From Felis catus (taxonomy: Eukaryota), in NCBI RefSeq assembly GCF_018350175.1, contig NC_058368.1, forward strand, positions 224,752,001-224,816,000: a stretch of DNA of 64,000 nt, read 5' to 3'. The translations under genes and the position numbers were made by a program. Shown piece by piece: positions 47,968-61,559 of the stretch; positions within the stretch are counted from its first letter, which is position 1, and each line of letters opens with the position of its first letter. The notes under the pieces are model-generated. The model worked only from the letters and a program-made list of their open reading frames with translations. It searched no databases and was not told the origin of the DNA.

Positions 47968-49582
47968 TCAATGATTTTGATGCACCTATAAGAGAATCAA
48001 AGCTAAACACCATTTCTTAAACAAGCTGTAGAAGTAGCTTCCCTAAAATGAAGAAGTAAGTAATAAAGAGAACGTGAGAAATTGGAGCTCTAACCTGAGA
48101 CAGAAATGAAGAGTGTCTCCACTATGACGTCCTTGCAACTAGACCTTGGAAGCAGTCAGTGCCAGCACAGAATCAAAGGATGGAGACGAAGGATATATGG
48201 GGAGATTATTCCTAGGCAATAAAAAGGATCAGATACACTGTCAGGCGAGTTATTGAAAAATCTTATTGAGAATCAGGTTACAGGAGTGATGGAAAGGATA
48301 GAAAGATTTATCCAATGATTCAAAGAAATTGAAAAGTGTCATAATAAAAAGTTCTAAAAGAAAGAAAATATACAGTCGTATTACTTTTACCTAATCATAG
48401 CAATTAAGCTATTGAGCAATATTTTAACACAAAATAGACATATAAATTTAGTGGGAGAAAGGAGAAAAGCAGTAGTTGAATTGTTTTAAAACCCCTGGAT
48501 ACCATCAGAAGTCAATAATGCACAGAACTCATACATCTATAAATAATATTTTGAAAGATGAAGTTAAACATCAGGGGGAAAAAAGCCCTCAGTGTGTTTG
48601 AAGTTCTTTCCAAGAGATTTGGACTGCTGTGTATGAATGCTTTAAATACCATGCCTTTGTTTTAATAAAATCTAAATTGATTTTTTTAAAAAATAGATCC
48701 TTTACCTTCCTTCTCGATGCTATTTGTTTTTCTTTTCTTTTCTGTAATTGTGATTGAGCAGTATAGTCACCTTGCTATTTCCTGTTAGGTCAAGCATCGT
48801 TCATTCACATGAACATCTTTCTCAGATGCCAACACATGAAATATCTTCCACATATTCCTTACACGATGTGTAACCTATTTATCTTACCCTTTTGAATTCA
48901 AGACTGACTGGTTTCAGGAGATGTTCTTCTCATTTTGAATCTGGAGTTCACAGGGCAGGACGGAAGAATGGTGGATGGCTAAGTTGGGTAGCTGAGTTCC
49001 GAGATGTTCCTCACCTGCTTCTGAAATGTTGTGAAATATGTTATTGCTCTCAATGAGGGTTCTGTGTTTTTCCCACATTGGCATATATTTGGATTCACCT
49101 TGTTCCCGCAAATCAGTAGGAAGCACTGGAAAATTATGACCCCTAACAGTTCCTTCTTCTCTTGAAAGATGCTGGTTATAAACTCATACTCTACACCATT
49201 TCACTAGGCCATTCCCCCACGTCTTCTTCCCCCCTTCAGCTGGCATCTGTTCAAATTAGAAGATTTGAGAAACAATAGTATGACTGTTCTTAATTCAGTG
49301 ATTTAGCTAAAATCACCTCTGAACAGTGGAGACAGGATGAGGAGTTGTGCCATAGCATACTTGAATTTTTTTGGTTCTTTTCCTTGGCTACTACTTTCAG
49401 TGTCTGGCCTGATGACTGGAAAGGTATCGATTCTCCTTTCATTCTTATCAATGCTTGTGCTTTCCTTTGTATTTATATTTCTGGATTTAACTACTTATTG
49501 GTGCTTCTTTTGTTAAAGCCAGAAATAATTAACTCATCATTGCTCTTCAAACTTGCTGTGGAAATCAAACATATATTTTAAG

Positions 49583-49795
49583 TTTATTTATTAATTTTGA
49601 GAGAGAGAGAGAGAGAGAGAGCACAAGTGGGGCAGAGAGAGAGTGTGAGAGAGAGAATCCAAAGCAGGCTCTGCACTGTCAGCGCTGTGAGCCCAGTGCC
49701 TGACATGGGGCTCGATCTCACGAGCTGCAAGATCATGACCTGAGCCAATAACAAGAGTCGGACGCGCTTAACCGACTGAGCCCCTCAGGTGCCCC
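49583..49795 (-). mobile_element. SINEC
   Basis: TSD caaacatat(a)ttttaag. Confidence 0.94.
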
Positions 49796-50064
49796 AAACA
49801 TATTTTTAAGACCATAAATCTACAAGTCCATACACGTTGTGATTAATTATTGGATTATTTATATGTTGTAGTTAAAAAGAATTTTCTTCCCAGGTAAGAC
49901 CTGACTTAGGGTTGACTCAGTTTTGTTTTCGTGGGGGTGGTCGTTTGGTTTATTATTCTGATTTCGATATATCCAATAATTGAACTGGACAGAATTACTA
50001 AACCAACCAGAACAATATGTGAGAATAAGGATTGCCCATGGCACACCAACATATATGTGGAAAA

Positions 50065-50215
50065 TATACAATATAATACGCAATATATAATATCTTATAT
50101 GTTATTAATATATACCTTATATTATATACATTATATTATATATTTATATTATATTATATTCTTATATTATATCATATCATATTATATTATATCATATTAT
50201 ATTATACCATATTAT
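50065..50215. repeat. AT-rich (ATATT/ATATC)n low-complexity repeat
   Basis: atattatattatatcatatc pattern. Confidence 0.85.
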
Positions 50216-50727
50216 GTATCATTCAAGGTATAGTGGAATATATGGAAATGGTTTACAGTTACTTTTATGTATGCCTAAGTACTTGCTGGTCATCTCCAAG
50301 GAAGCATGACTTCTAGTAACATAGAAACTTCCCACTGTGCCAACTTACCCCGAATCATGATCTAAAAGCGCATGGCCAGAGATCATAATCCATTGTGACG
50401 TACCTAATTCAATGTTTTTAATTTCGTAATGTCTTTTTTCAGAAGGTGGCTCTCAGAGTTCCTTCCGCTCCAGGTTTCACAACACCTGGAACTATCCTTA
50501 AATGTGGCCTAATTGTTTGGGATTCAGTCTTAATTCCAAATCCGGTTCTGCTGTTCATCGCCCATAGAAACCTGTGCGAGATACTTCATGCAGGTAAGAT
50601 TCAACCTTCTCATCGCAGAATGAGAAAATACCTACCACGTGATGTTGCTTTATGGGTTAAAGATTTTTTTAAATGCTTAGATCAATGCCTAGCAATATTA
50701 AGCAACTTAAAAATTATAGTTATTTTA

Positions 50728-50943
50728 GGGGCGCCTGGAGGGCTCAGTCGGTTAAACGTCCGACTTCTGATCAGGTCATGATCTCACAGTCCGTGAGTTC
50801 GAGCCCCGCGTGGGGCTCTGTGCAGACAGCTCCGAGCCTGGAGCCTGCTTTGGATTCTGTGTCTCCCTCTCTCTCTGCCCCTCCCCTGCTCATACTCTGT
50901 CTCTCTCTGTCTCAAAAGTAAATAAAAACATTTTAAAAATTTT
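50728..50943 (+). mobile_element. SINEC next to a MIR remnant (~50520-50700)
   Basis: 19-bp TSD aaaaatt(a/g)tagttatttta. Confidence 0.96.
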
Positions 50944-52448
50944 AAAAATTGTAGTTATTTTAACCCTTCCTGAGCAAATAAACACAATACTAGTACCTAT
51001 GATGACTGATCCTAATCTTGTGTTCTTTCACTAGCTACCTCTGAGGCTGAAAAAGCCAAATCAGGGAGGCAAAGGAAGAGAGATATTTATTAACACACTA
51101 GTCAAGTTCATCAGCTATTATATTTCTTCCTTTGTGCCCTTCAGTTTCTCCTGCTATGTCATGATTTTTTCAAAACATTGAAAAAAGCACTAAACTTCCC
51201 TGAGCTCTAAAGCTCAGTCACTTCTGTTTAGAGAGAGATTAATAAAAAGGGGTGATATGATCAGGAAAATACTTTAGAGTCCTACTTAACACACAGCAAG
51301 AATACACCTTATAGATTTCTTCATTCATTCTCCCTGGCGGAGATGGGGTCGAAGACATGAAAAGATCTGAAAAAGTATTTTCTATCCTCCTGTACTATTC
51401 GGTTTCCCTTCAGGGCTTGTGATATTACAAACAAACAAACATTTGTGGAAGTCTATTGGTCTACTGAAGACTTTGAAATTCCAACTATAAATGGATCATT
51501 TCCTGCGAAGGGACTACTCAACATGTTGCTAGCTTTCAGAATTTTAGTTACACGTAGAATGTTTATTACCTCTTTGAAGAGGGCCAATTTGATTTTGGCA
51601 ATTACATGAGAATTTGCATGCTGAAACCTGGCAGAGAGCTAGCTCAAAATATTTTTGAATGAATGGATGATTTAATCACTAGCTGAATAAATAAATGGAA
51701 TAAATAGTTTCAGATATATTTTCCATAAATTGGATAAAATGAAATTTTAACTCACACTGCGCTATGAAATATTTGGCTCAGATGTGCTTTCTTGCTTCCA
51801 TTTTATGGAATACTTTAGATCTATTTTTACTCCAAAAGAAAATTATGCAAATCACATTTAATCACTCTATAAAACAGTTCTGAATGAAGTGTTTCTAGTT
51901 CATCACAATTAGTTTGATAGCCAAGGTTATTAAACCAGTTTTCAGCTTACTTCATTTTGCTAGTTTATTCACTCATTTGCAATTTTTGAGATTTTCATAG
52001 TAATTAAAGGGGAGGAAAATCATTTATAATATATTGAAAGACTCTTCGTTAAAATAATTCTTTACTGCTGTCCATATTTGTCTCAAAACCAGACGTACAA
52101 ATAAAACCTCTATGGCCAATTTTAATTAGTGTTATTTGAAGTGCAGACAGATATCTAATTCAGAGAGATTTTGGGAAAAAAAATTTAAAGAATAATTAGT
52201 ACTTTATTTTTTTACCCTATGGCAATTTATGAGTTTAGCTCTAAATTAGAGCACCTGTATCCATGTATTTTAATTGTCCCATAACTTACGCGAGTTAAGA
52301 TTTTCATAACCTTTATAGAGAAAATACAAATAAATAATTTTTAATACTTGGTGAGTAATATTTCTGAGTATTCTAAAGTCAACTCACCCTTTCTTCCCAC
52401 CACCACCTTCCCACATGTACACACACACAATGCACCCATGTGCGTGTG

Positions 52449-52481
52449 CACGCACACACACACACATACACACACACACAC
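52449..52481 (+). repeat. (CA)n
   Basis: Imperfect ca run. Confidence 0.9.
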
Positions 52482-53013
52482 TCTTGAGCTAAGAAGCTCC
52501 CTTTCCTTCTGTTTTCAAGAGTTGAATTTTCCAGTCATATGGATACTCTTCTTAGGCAACTTTTCTTTGTTTATAAATGACTTATGCTTTGGTGCTGGGT
52601 ATTAATTCACTTAGATAATATGTTTTACCTAAATGCATTTCACCAGAGTTTCTAAGGAGAGCAAACCTCAATAAATATTTAAGTCATTCGAGGACTGCCT
52701 CAGCCCCCTAAGGATTTTAACCATCTCTTGAACCTAGATCTCATCTCTTGAACCATACAGTTAAGAATGCTGGCAACTTTACCTTCACAAACCATAGCAG
52801 AAACATAAGATGGGGAAGCAATTTTTGCAGGGGGATTTATTTGTTAATGTTGTCTTCTGTCTGAATGAGTCAACTCAGAAGTACTCAAGGGGACCTACAA
52901 AATTTTAAAAAGAATTTAACTGGCTTGCACTACAAGAAGCAGAAATACTCCAAATGAAAATAGGTCTAGGATCCCCAAATTTCTATAGACAGGAAGCACA
53001 CTAAGAAATCTAC

Positions 53014-53380
53014 TGCAATAGACTGAACGCTTGTATCTCCCCAAAATACGTATGTTGAAACGTAATCCCCAATAAGATGGTATTTGGAGGTGGAAACTTT
53101 GGGAGGTGATGATGTCATGAGGATGGAATCCACACGAATGGCATTAGTGACCTCATAAGAGACACCCCAGAGAGCTCTCTCGGCCCTTTCACCAAGAGAG
53201 GACACAGCAAGAAGACGAACATCTATGAAGCAGGATGTGGGCCTTCACTAGACTCTGAATCTGCCAGAGGCTTGATCTTGGATTTCCCAGACTCCAGAAC
53301 TATGAGAAATAAATTTCTGTTGAGAAGCCATTCATCTAGTTTCCAGTATTCTATTACAGCAGCCCAGCTGGACTCACATA
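53014..53380 (+). mobile_element. MaLR solo LTR (MLT1A0-like)
   Basis: tgcaatagactgaa...ccccaaaatacgtatgttgaaa...cttgatcttggatttcccagactccagaactatgagaaataaatttctg. Confidence 0.88.
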
Positions 53381-53439
53381 CTCCCATACCTATTCATCTG
53401 TAAATGGGCTATCTTTTATGGAAAAATAAGAATGACTTC

Positions 53440-54418
53440 AGCATTGAGAAGTTAGAACCTAGAGGGTGGAGCCAAGAGCTAAGGACAAATATTAGGAAAG
53501 AGTAGGAGGACTAAGTCCTGCTCAAGAAAATGCCAACCCATGCCCAGCAGAAGAGCCACTTCTGGGTACCTCTTGCTTTTCCCTTTTCTGAATGAAACGA
53601 TCTCTAGTGATTATCCTATTCCTGTCCCACCATTGTATATTGAGTGCACGACACAGGGGGAGACAGATAACTTCTCTCCTTAATTTATGCATCTTCCCAT
53701 CCAAAGGAGCTGTACCTGAGAAACTGTGCTCTAAGGAACACACTTCCACACTTGGATCCTGTTTAGATGACAAGGTCCCAAACTTCGAGCTGCTGCTGTA
53801 ATAAGTTGAGACTTTGGGGAGTTTGGGAAGAGGATGAGAACAGTTCAAAAGTGAAAAGAACGTAAATCATGGGTGCCCAGAAAGCAGTCTATAATGTTCT
53901 TCCTCTAAAATGGCCTAGGATGATCCCAACCTATTGGAATTTACAAATTTAAATATAGTCTCCTCCTACGTAGAATCATGGCTGGCTGCCCAATGTGAGT
54001 AATAGAATACACACGTACGTCATCAAGAGTATTGATAGACCTGCCTATGTGAATACAGTCCCGTGTATTTATGTCAGTCTCAGGCTATGTGATAAAGGCA
54101 TACAGACTTCCATGTTGGTTACTCTTGCATAATTCACTCTGGAGAATTCTGTCTTCGGTGCCAAAAGGGCATGCAACACTCCATGGTGAGGCTTAATGGA
54201 GAAGAAACCATTCTCCGGACATATAAATTGGACCCTCCAGCCTTGGTGAAGTCGTTCAACAGTTGCAGACTCATAAGAAACCCCAAACTAGACCATCCCC
54301 CCACTGAATTGTCCCTGAATTCATAACCCATAAGTGCTGTGAAAGATAACATAGGATTATGGTTGCTTTAAGTCACTGAGTTATGGGATGATGTGTGAGG
54401 CAGCACTAGAACGTAAAA
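53440..54418 (+). mobile_element. MaLR internal 3' end (~53440-53889) joined to an MLT1F/G-like LTR (~53890-54418)
   Basis: ttatcctattcctgtcccaccattgtatattg...gcagataact-like MLT-int motif; LTR end ttgctttaagtcactgagttatgggatg...gcagca. Confidence 0.7.
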
Positions 54419-54699
54419 TCTTACTCTATGATGTCATTTACATAAAATTTTAAAGCATGCTAAATAGAATTCTAGGATTTAGGGTTCCATACTCTCATGG
54501 TAAAAGTACAAGTTTTTAAATAGCAAGAAAATACTTTTTTTAAATAAAAAGTGATCTAGTGGTTTTTGCACTGCAAGGAGGGAGAATCTTGCATTTTCAG
54601 ACATTATTGCATGTTACTGTACATTGCCATCAACAATTTAATTAAAATAAAAGGTAAATTGCAATACAAGATAATATATTTTATGTTTGATGTATTTTG

Positions 54700-55990
54700 A
54701 GACCGAGGGAAATTTTTCTGGAGGAGAAAGGACCATATTTGAATCTTGAAAGAAAATAAGGGTTAAACAAGAAAAAAATAAATGCAATGAGTTTAGTTAA
54801 GAAAAGAGTGGAGGGAAGTTTCCAGCAGATGAAGCCATAAGTTTAAAGTCACAGAGCCAAAAGAGTTCGTGCCTTCTTTCACAGTCACTCTAGAGTGGTT
54901 GAAAGATTTTAAACAGGCGGGGTAAAATCAGACTATGCTTCAGCAAGGAAAAAATCTGGGGATGGAGTGGAGAGTGGGTTGGGAGATGTCAGTGGAACAG
55001 GGAGATCAATGAGGAGATTGTTGGAGGCTCCTACTGAGAAATCATGAGGGCTTGAATTAAGAATCTGGCAGTAACCATGGAAAGTCTTCTCCATATGAGT
55101 TAACGGCAACTCTATCCTTCTAGTTTCTGAACCCAAACCCTTGAATATTGTTGGCTGTTCTTCCCTTTTTTCACACCACACATCCAAGACCTGGGCCAAT
55201 TCTGTCAGCTCTCCTTTCAAAATATATCCTGAATTGGCATCCTTCTCACCAGCCCCCCTGCTGCCACTGTCATCCAAGTCACCGTTGTCTCTGGTTCAGA
55301 TTATTGCGATAATCTCATAACTGGTGTTTCTGCTTCCATCTCTGCCCTTCTTCAGGCTACCCAGAGTCAGTCTGTTACAAAATCAGCTTCTGTCAGTCCT
55401 CTGCCCCAAACCATCCAATGGCTTCCAGTCTCACTCCCGGTGAAAGTCAGTCTTCTCAGTGGCCCTAAACACCATGGCCTTCACAGACTATTTGACACTC
55501 ACCCTTGTTTACTCACACTGTTTGCTCCTTCTCTAATACTCAAGTCACCACCTCTGCCTCAGGGACTTTGCAATCTCTGTTCTCCTCCTACCTTGGGTGC
55601 TCACCCAAATATGTCAGTCTCACTCACTTGCCATTTTCAGCTCTTTCCTCAAGAATGACTTTCTCCGGAAAGGGTTTCCTGAGCACCTTATAATAAATTA
55701 CAGCCCTTCCAACCTCCTTTATCCCCTTCCGTACTCCATTGTTGTGTTTAGATATTATCCCACGTATTTTACTTAATTACACTGTTTATAATCTGTTACT
55801 CTTTCTCCATCCACGGAGCTGGGAATTTGTAGCCAAAGCATGTAGTATAAGGTGAGGCACATGGCAGGTATTTAATAAATATTTGTTGAATGAATCAACG
55901 GAGGAAGCAGGTACGTTTTATTGTAATTGGCAACGTGACAGATGCAGACAGGGATAAGGCAGGGATGGCTTCCAAGTTTTGTCTGTAGTA
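54700..55990 (-). mobile_element. Older antisense L2 remnant (54700-55075, resumes ~55900-55990)
   Basis: gattttaaacaggcggggtaaaatcaga...ggagattgttggaggct...gatggcttccaagtttt. Confidence 0.55.
55085..55897 (+). mobile_element. L2a-like 3' segment
   Basis: tctgtcagctctcctttcaaaatatatcc...ccatccaatggcttcc...canonical end ggcacatggcaggtatttaataaatatttgttgaatgaat. Confidence 0.85.
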
Positions 55991-56279
55991 GAACTGTCTA
56001 GGTCCTCTCTTCCACCACGTACAAATGACTTTTAGTCACAGGTCTTGAAAGGTCTGTGTCAATTAATTCAGAAGCAAATGTCTTAGGAAAAGGAAATCTT
56101 CACACAAATTGAGCTCTCGAGTTTAATAAAGCATTAAGCAGTCTTTAATAGTCACAACTTCCTCCAACAGCTTTTATAACTATATGACGATAGAAAAAAA
56201 AAAGGGAAAGAGTTTAGAAGTCCTGGTTTGTTATAAAGATCTGATAGCTTCACCAAATTCTAAAATTTAAAGGTTATTA

Positions 56280-56519
56280 TTTATTTTTTATTGATTGATT
56301 GATATTTTTAATTAATTAATTAATTAATTAATTAATAGAGGGAGAAGGAGAGTGCATGAGCAGGGGAGAGGGGCAGAGGGAAGAGAGAGAGAGAATCTTA
56401 AGCAGGCTCTACACTCAGCAGGGTGCCGAAGACAGGGGTCCATCCCATGACACTGGGATCATGACCTGAGCCGAAATCAGGAGTCGGTTGCTCAGTTGAC
56501 TGAGTCACCCAGGTGCCCC
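56280..56519 (-). mobile_element. SINEC with (TAAT)n tail
   Basis: Antisense SINE; partial TSD taa(a/g)ggtt. Confidence 0.92.
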
Positions 56520-56554
56520 TAAGGGTTTTTATAGAAGTAATAATTAAAGGTGTT

Positions 56555-56791
56555 TTTTTTCTTTAAAAAAAATTAGCGTTTATTTATTATTGAGAGAGTG
56601 TGAGCGGGGGGGGGGGGGGGGGGGGGGAGATGGAGGGAGGAAGCAGAGAGAGAGAGACACAGAACTTGAAGCAGGTTCCAGGCTCTGAGCTGTCAGCCCC
56701 GAGCCCGAAGCGGGGCTTGAACTCACAAACCGCGAGATCCTGACCTGAGCCGAAGCCGGACGCCTAACCGACTGAGCCACCCAGGCGCCCC
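56555..56791 (-). mobile_element. SINEC containing G22
   Basis: TSD taaag(g/c)tgtttt; G run at 56606-56627. Confidence 0.94.
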
Positions 56792-57249
56792 TAAAGCTGT
56801 TTTTAGAAGTGTGATGCCAGTACAAAAATCCAACATGTACTGGTTGCATTTTATCCGTACTGTTTTCAATGTCTTTTTTCCTTATTATACAACAAACTAA
56901 AGTTCAGAAGCTTTTGAACTGAATTTAAATAAGTCAGCTAAGTATATTGCTTAAAAATAAAAATAAGGCAAATATAGTCATGCAAAGCAGAACTCTAAAA
57001 GCAAAAGCAAATGGGCCAACTTGAAAGCTATGAGGTGACATGTAGAATCTTTGGATGCTTCTTGAATGTCTCCTGATAATATTCACCTGAGCAATTAGAT
57101 CAGAGGGCGTCTCATTGAAGTGCACACCCTCCTTCTGTGATCCAGTCAAATACATCTAAAGACGTCCAGGGCTTAGATAGATATATATAATTTCTCTCAT
57201 CTTTAAAAATTAAAATCATTTTAGCAGTGCACATCTAAGTTTTGTATCG

Positions 57250-58130
57250 TTATTGCAGACAGACGCCTAGAACCATCATGAATTGCTGGTTAGAACCACT
57301 TTGTCAAATGATTTGGCAATTTGTTTTAAAGTTGAACCCTGACAGGGGCGCCTGGGTGGCTCAGTCAGTTAGGCGTATGACTTCAGCTCAGGTCAGGATC
57401 GTACGGTTCATGGGTTTGAGCTTCGCGTCGGGCTCTGTGCTGACAGCTCCAAGCCTGGAACCTGTTTCGGATTCAGTGTCTCCCTCTCTCTCTGCCCCTC
57501 CCCTGCTTGTGCTCTGTCTCACTCTCTCTCAAAAAATTAATAAGCATTAACAAAAATTGAAAAAGAATAAAGTTGGACACTTACTTATCACATGACCCAG
57601 GAATTCTACTTCTAAATGTTTAAGAGATAGAAAATATTTCTACAAAAGAATTGTATAAAAATGTTTATAAATATTTTTATAATCGTCTCCAATTCTAAAA
57701 AAAAATGACCATACATTAAAAGGAGAATAAAAAGATCAACTGAAGTATTTTCATATAATAAAACAACTTAACAATAAACAGGAACAATGTAGTGATACAC
57801 AAACAACATGCATGAATCTCATAGACATTGTGTTGAGTGGACGAAATCAGACATGAAGAACATATCAAAAGATTCCATATATCTGAGGTTGAACAGAAAA
57901 ATTATTCTATTTTGATAGAAATCAAAGCAGTGGGGGCCAATTGTGGTTGGTCGTTGACAGGAAGAAGGTATGAGAAAACATTATTAGATGATGGAAATTT
58001 CTTTAACTTAATTGAGATAGTGTTTACAGTGCATGTATATACTTATCCAAATACCTGAATCACATACTTGACATACGTATGTTTCAGCGTCTGTACATTC
58101 TATTTAATGAAAAAGAAAAATGTCAGGGGA
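57250..58130 (+). mobile_element. Ancient L1ME-like 3' region interrupted by a SINE
   Basis: accactttg...atttggcaat, catgacccaggaattctacttcta, caacatgcatgaatctcatagacattgtgttgagtg. Confidence 0.75.
57345..57570 (+). mobile_element. SINEC
   Basis: Full SINE; partial TSD aaagttg. Confidence 0.95.
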
Positions 58131-59109
58131 CACCTTCCCAGGCACTTTTCAAAGGTAGTTGAAATCAAAATTCTTAAAATGTACATAACTATTTGTCCTA
58201 AAAAGTAATTGTAGCTGCGTGAAATTTTAAGATGCTCTATTTATTTACCTTAAACATCATTTATATATTAGTGGAAGAACAAAATTAAATAAACCCTTCT
58301 TCACTTCTTAGAATATTAAGCAGCCCTTAAAACTCTTTCTTCCTTAGTGTTTAACAATGTATTATGCCAATATGTTAATGTACTTTGGTATCATACATTC
58401 ATTATATACATTAATAATATAATGGCATATTATTATTGTTAATACATATTGTATGCATATTAGATTATCAAATTAAAAAAGAACATGAGCATCATAGTGC
58501 CACATGGGCAAACGTGGAAAAGCCAGATATATGAGTATTTAACCAGTATGTGCGTGCATAGGGTTATGAGCCCACATCAGTGTTAAATGAGCCCATATGG
58601 AATCATCCTGAACATATTGCTTTGTAATTTCATTTTTCAGTATCATTTTACTTCTTTTCCATTGAGTGTTTTATTTTGCTATGTGTGCTGACTGCATCGT
58701 ACAGTGTTTGACAGAGTATACACTCCAAGTTTTCCTATTGCACAAAGTATCCTCAATAAATATGGCACTTCTCAAACTGTGATAGCTCTCTGTGCTTAGG
58801 ATTTGCATGGAGCCTTGGCTTGCCTTTTGCTTGTAATATAATTGATAAGGTCCTTTGGGTAACACACTTTCTTCTCATGTGTGGTGGGAGAGAGAAAGAA
58901 ATCTAATCCTGAAATGAGTGTCTTCTTTCTCAGATTTTCTTCCCAGTCCTCCTGGTTGGGTTATTCAAAGTCAGGACCATCCCATCCCCTGTGCTGATGA
59001 GACTTTTCAATGGAAAAATAAATATAGCTGCAATGGCTTAAAACTGGAACAAGGACTAGTTTTTGGAATTTTTTTCCTATAATTGGCTTACAGAATTAGA
59101 GCACATCTT

Positions 59110-59335
59110 TGCAGCTGGGGTGGGCGTCAGACACATTGATTCTGGATGTGAGTGGATTAGAATTCCACCTTTGCTATTGTTACCTGTGAAACCTCAACAG
59201 ATTACTTCAACCTCTTGGTAAATTGGTAATAATGATAGCATCTCATAGAATTTATGAGGATTAAACATATAAAGTCCATAAAACTAAACTAATCTGGCAT
59301 ATGTAAGAGCTCCAGAACATAGCTAATACACTTAT
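59110..59335 (+). mobile_element. MIR
   Basis: tgttacctgtgaaacctcaacagattactt...aataatgatagcatctcatagaatttatgaggattaaa. Confidence 0.65.
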
Positions 59336-60988
59336 GTTATTACCCTGAGATCTATAGGGCTGTGTGAAGAAAGAGTACGTCCCAAACAAAATTATACTAC
59401 GGTCACGTAGAAAAATATCCTGGGTAGTAGCCAACAGTGGTTACTACGGATAATTACCGCCTAAAATAAACTACTGAATATTAAGAGATTGATTTATAAT
59501 ATTAAAAGATGGTCAAGATTGTCACCGAATATGTAATCTATAAAATTATTTTGATGAAATCAACAAATGGATTTGTGAATCCTCGGTTAGTCATTCAACT
59601 GTTTGGTCAAAATGGGGCTCATATATCTCTCTGTCTTGTTCTATATAAAAGGGCAAGATGGGAATGCGAAATTTTAAGTGTGAGTCACACAAAATAATAA
59701 AATAAATTCCTACCATCCATCTGGATTCTTCAGTTGATCATTTTAGAGAACTAAATATAAAGTCATTGGAAAAATGAAAGAAAATAGGCCTTTCAATATA
59801 CACGACGGACTTTGCCAGGGAGAGTTACAGGTTAAAATCAGTTACTCAAAAGAAATGAATTTGTTAATTAAAAATGAGCAAAAAACTGTAAGATACAGAT
59901 ATGAATAACTTCTTAATCATTTATCTGGCACTCCTAAATTATATTTACTTACGTGAAGTTTTATTAGCTAGAAAAAATAAGTATTCATCAAAGGTTAATG
60001 GGACTCCCTTGTTAGTTTAAACTAATCTTAATCTCAGGGCACTAGATGCATGGACGGGGGAATGAATACCGGCTAACAATATCTCCCATGATGTACTTCT
60101 AAGTATATAAATAAATTAAAGCTTGCTCCTCAGATAGCACACAAAAAAGATCACAAATATTTATATGAAATAAAAATGTTTAATGTTCAATTATTGCTAA
60201 CATAGAGCATACTGCCTTATATACTTTTCCATAAGGGTAATTCTACAATTTTTCAATATTCTTCCTCATTGAAATGATCTCTTTTGCATGTGTGTGCACG
60301 TGCTCATGTAGACTCTTAACATAAAATAATTTAGATAATATCTAAAATGGTTCCATAGAATTATGTCATTCAATATCGAGCTTAACAGTTGTGTTACCTT
60401 GTTTGGATAGGTCACATTTTATTCAGTGCCCAAAGATAGGTTGCCTGCGTAAATGTCTAAGTTACAGCCAATAGTCATTTTGAGAGATACTTTGGGCTTA
60501 AAAGAAGTAAGATTTGCAAATTTTTAACAGACCAATGAGTGTGTATTATTGATCCCCCAAAATAATAATTTCAAAGTGTTTTAGCTGAATCTTCATTTAT
60601 TTTATAAATGATTTTTATATTCAATAAACCCTTCTTAATGCACCTTTTAAAAATATGGTTCATTTGAAGAGTTTCCTTGTCTAGAATGAGGTCAAATGAA
60701 ATACTTGCAAGTAGGGGTGAATGATGTGGTCCAAGCCTTTCATTTATTGAAAAAATGTGAATGAACAAGTTCCTGCAACAGTCACTGAAATTACAAGTAT
60801 CAAAAAAGTCCAGTCCCTTAAATAACTTGGAGTTCGATGCTGAGAATTGTTAAGATTGTCCAACAGAATATCTTAATAAACTTTACATAGGGAAGGCTTT
60901 CTTTTTCCTTTACTGGGTAATGGAAAGAGGAATAATCCATTGTGGGTGGGGCCAACTCAAATTTTAAATGTTTTAAAATAACACAGCA

Positions 60989-61200
60989 GTCACCAGAGTG
61001 GCTCAGTCGGTTAAGTGTCCTACTTAGGCTCAGGTCATGATCTCATGATTTGTGAGTTTGAGCCCTGTGTCAAGCTCTGTGCTGACAGCTCGGAGCCTGG
61101 AGCCTGCTGGGATTCTGTGTCTCCCTCTCTCTGTTCTCCCCACTCATGTTTGCTCGTTCATGCTCGCTCTCTTTCTTTTAGGAATAAACATTTAAAAAAA
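60989..61200 (+). mobile_element. SINEC
   Basis: gtggctcagtcggttaagtgtcc...caggtcatgatctc...aataaacatttaaaaaaa. Confidence 0.93.
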
Positions 61201-61559
61201 TTAAATCATATAGGAATTTAGAGCTTAGAAAAATATCTTTCATGAAATTGACCAGGTAAACTGACATTTCAAATGGATGAAAAGTAGAATTATTTAGTTA
61301 AATGAAGCCATCCTCTTTTCCACATTTCTCAGACATTCCGTTTTACAAGGGCCACAGACATCGTTTCATAAGGCAGTTTTTGTCTGGCAAAAATTATTAT
61401 TCTATAGATTGGAAAGAGCACAGTTATTTGTTGATGATATACCTTGAACCTCTTTAGATAGAGAGGTTTTGGGGGTTTTTTTTGGGTTTTTTTTTTTTTG
61501 GTCAAGAATTATACTTTATTCCGTCTAGGCTTGGGACTCAACAATTACAGCCAGAGTTG

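Noticed and set aside
51413..51610. Good splice acceptor (ggtttcccttcag) followed by an open frame
   Set aside because: No matching donor or recognisable product.
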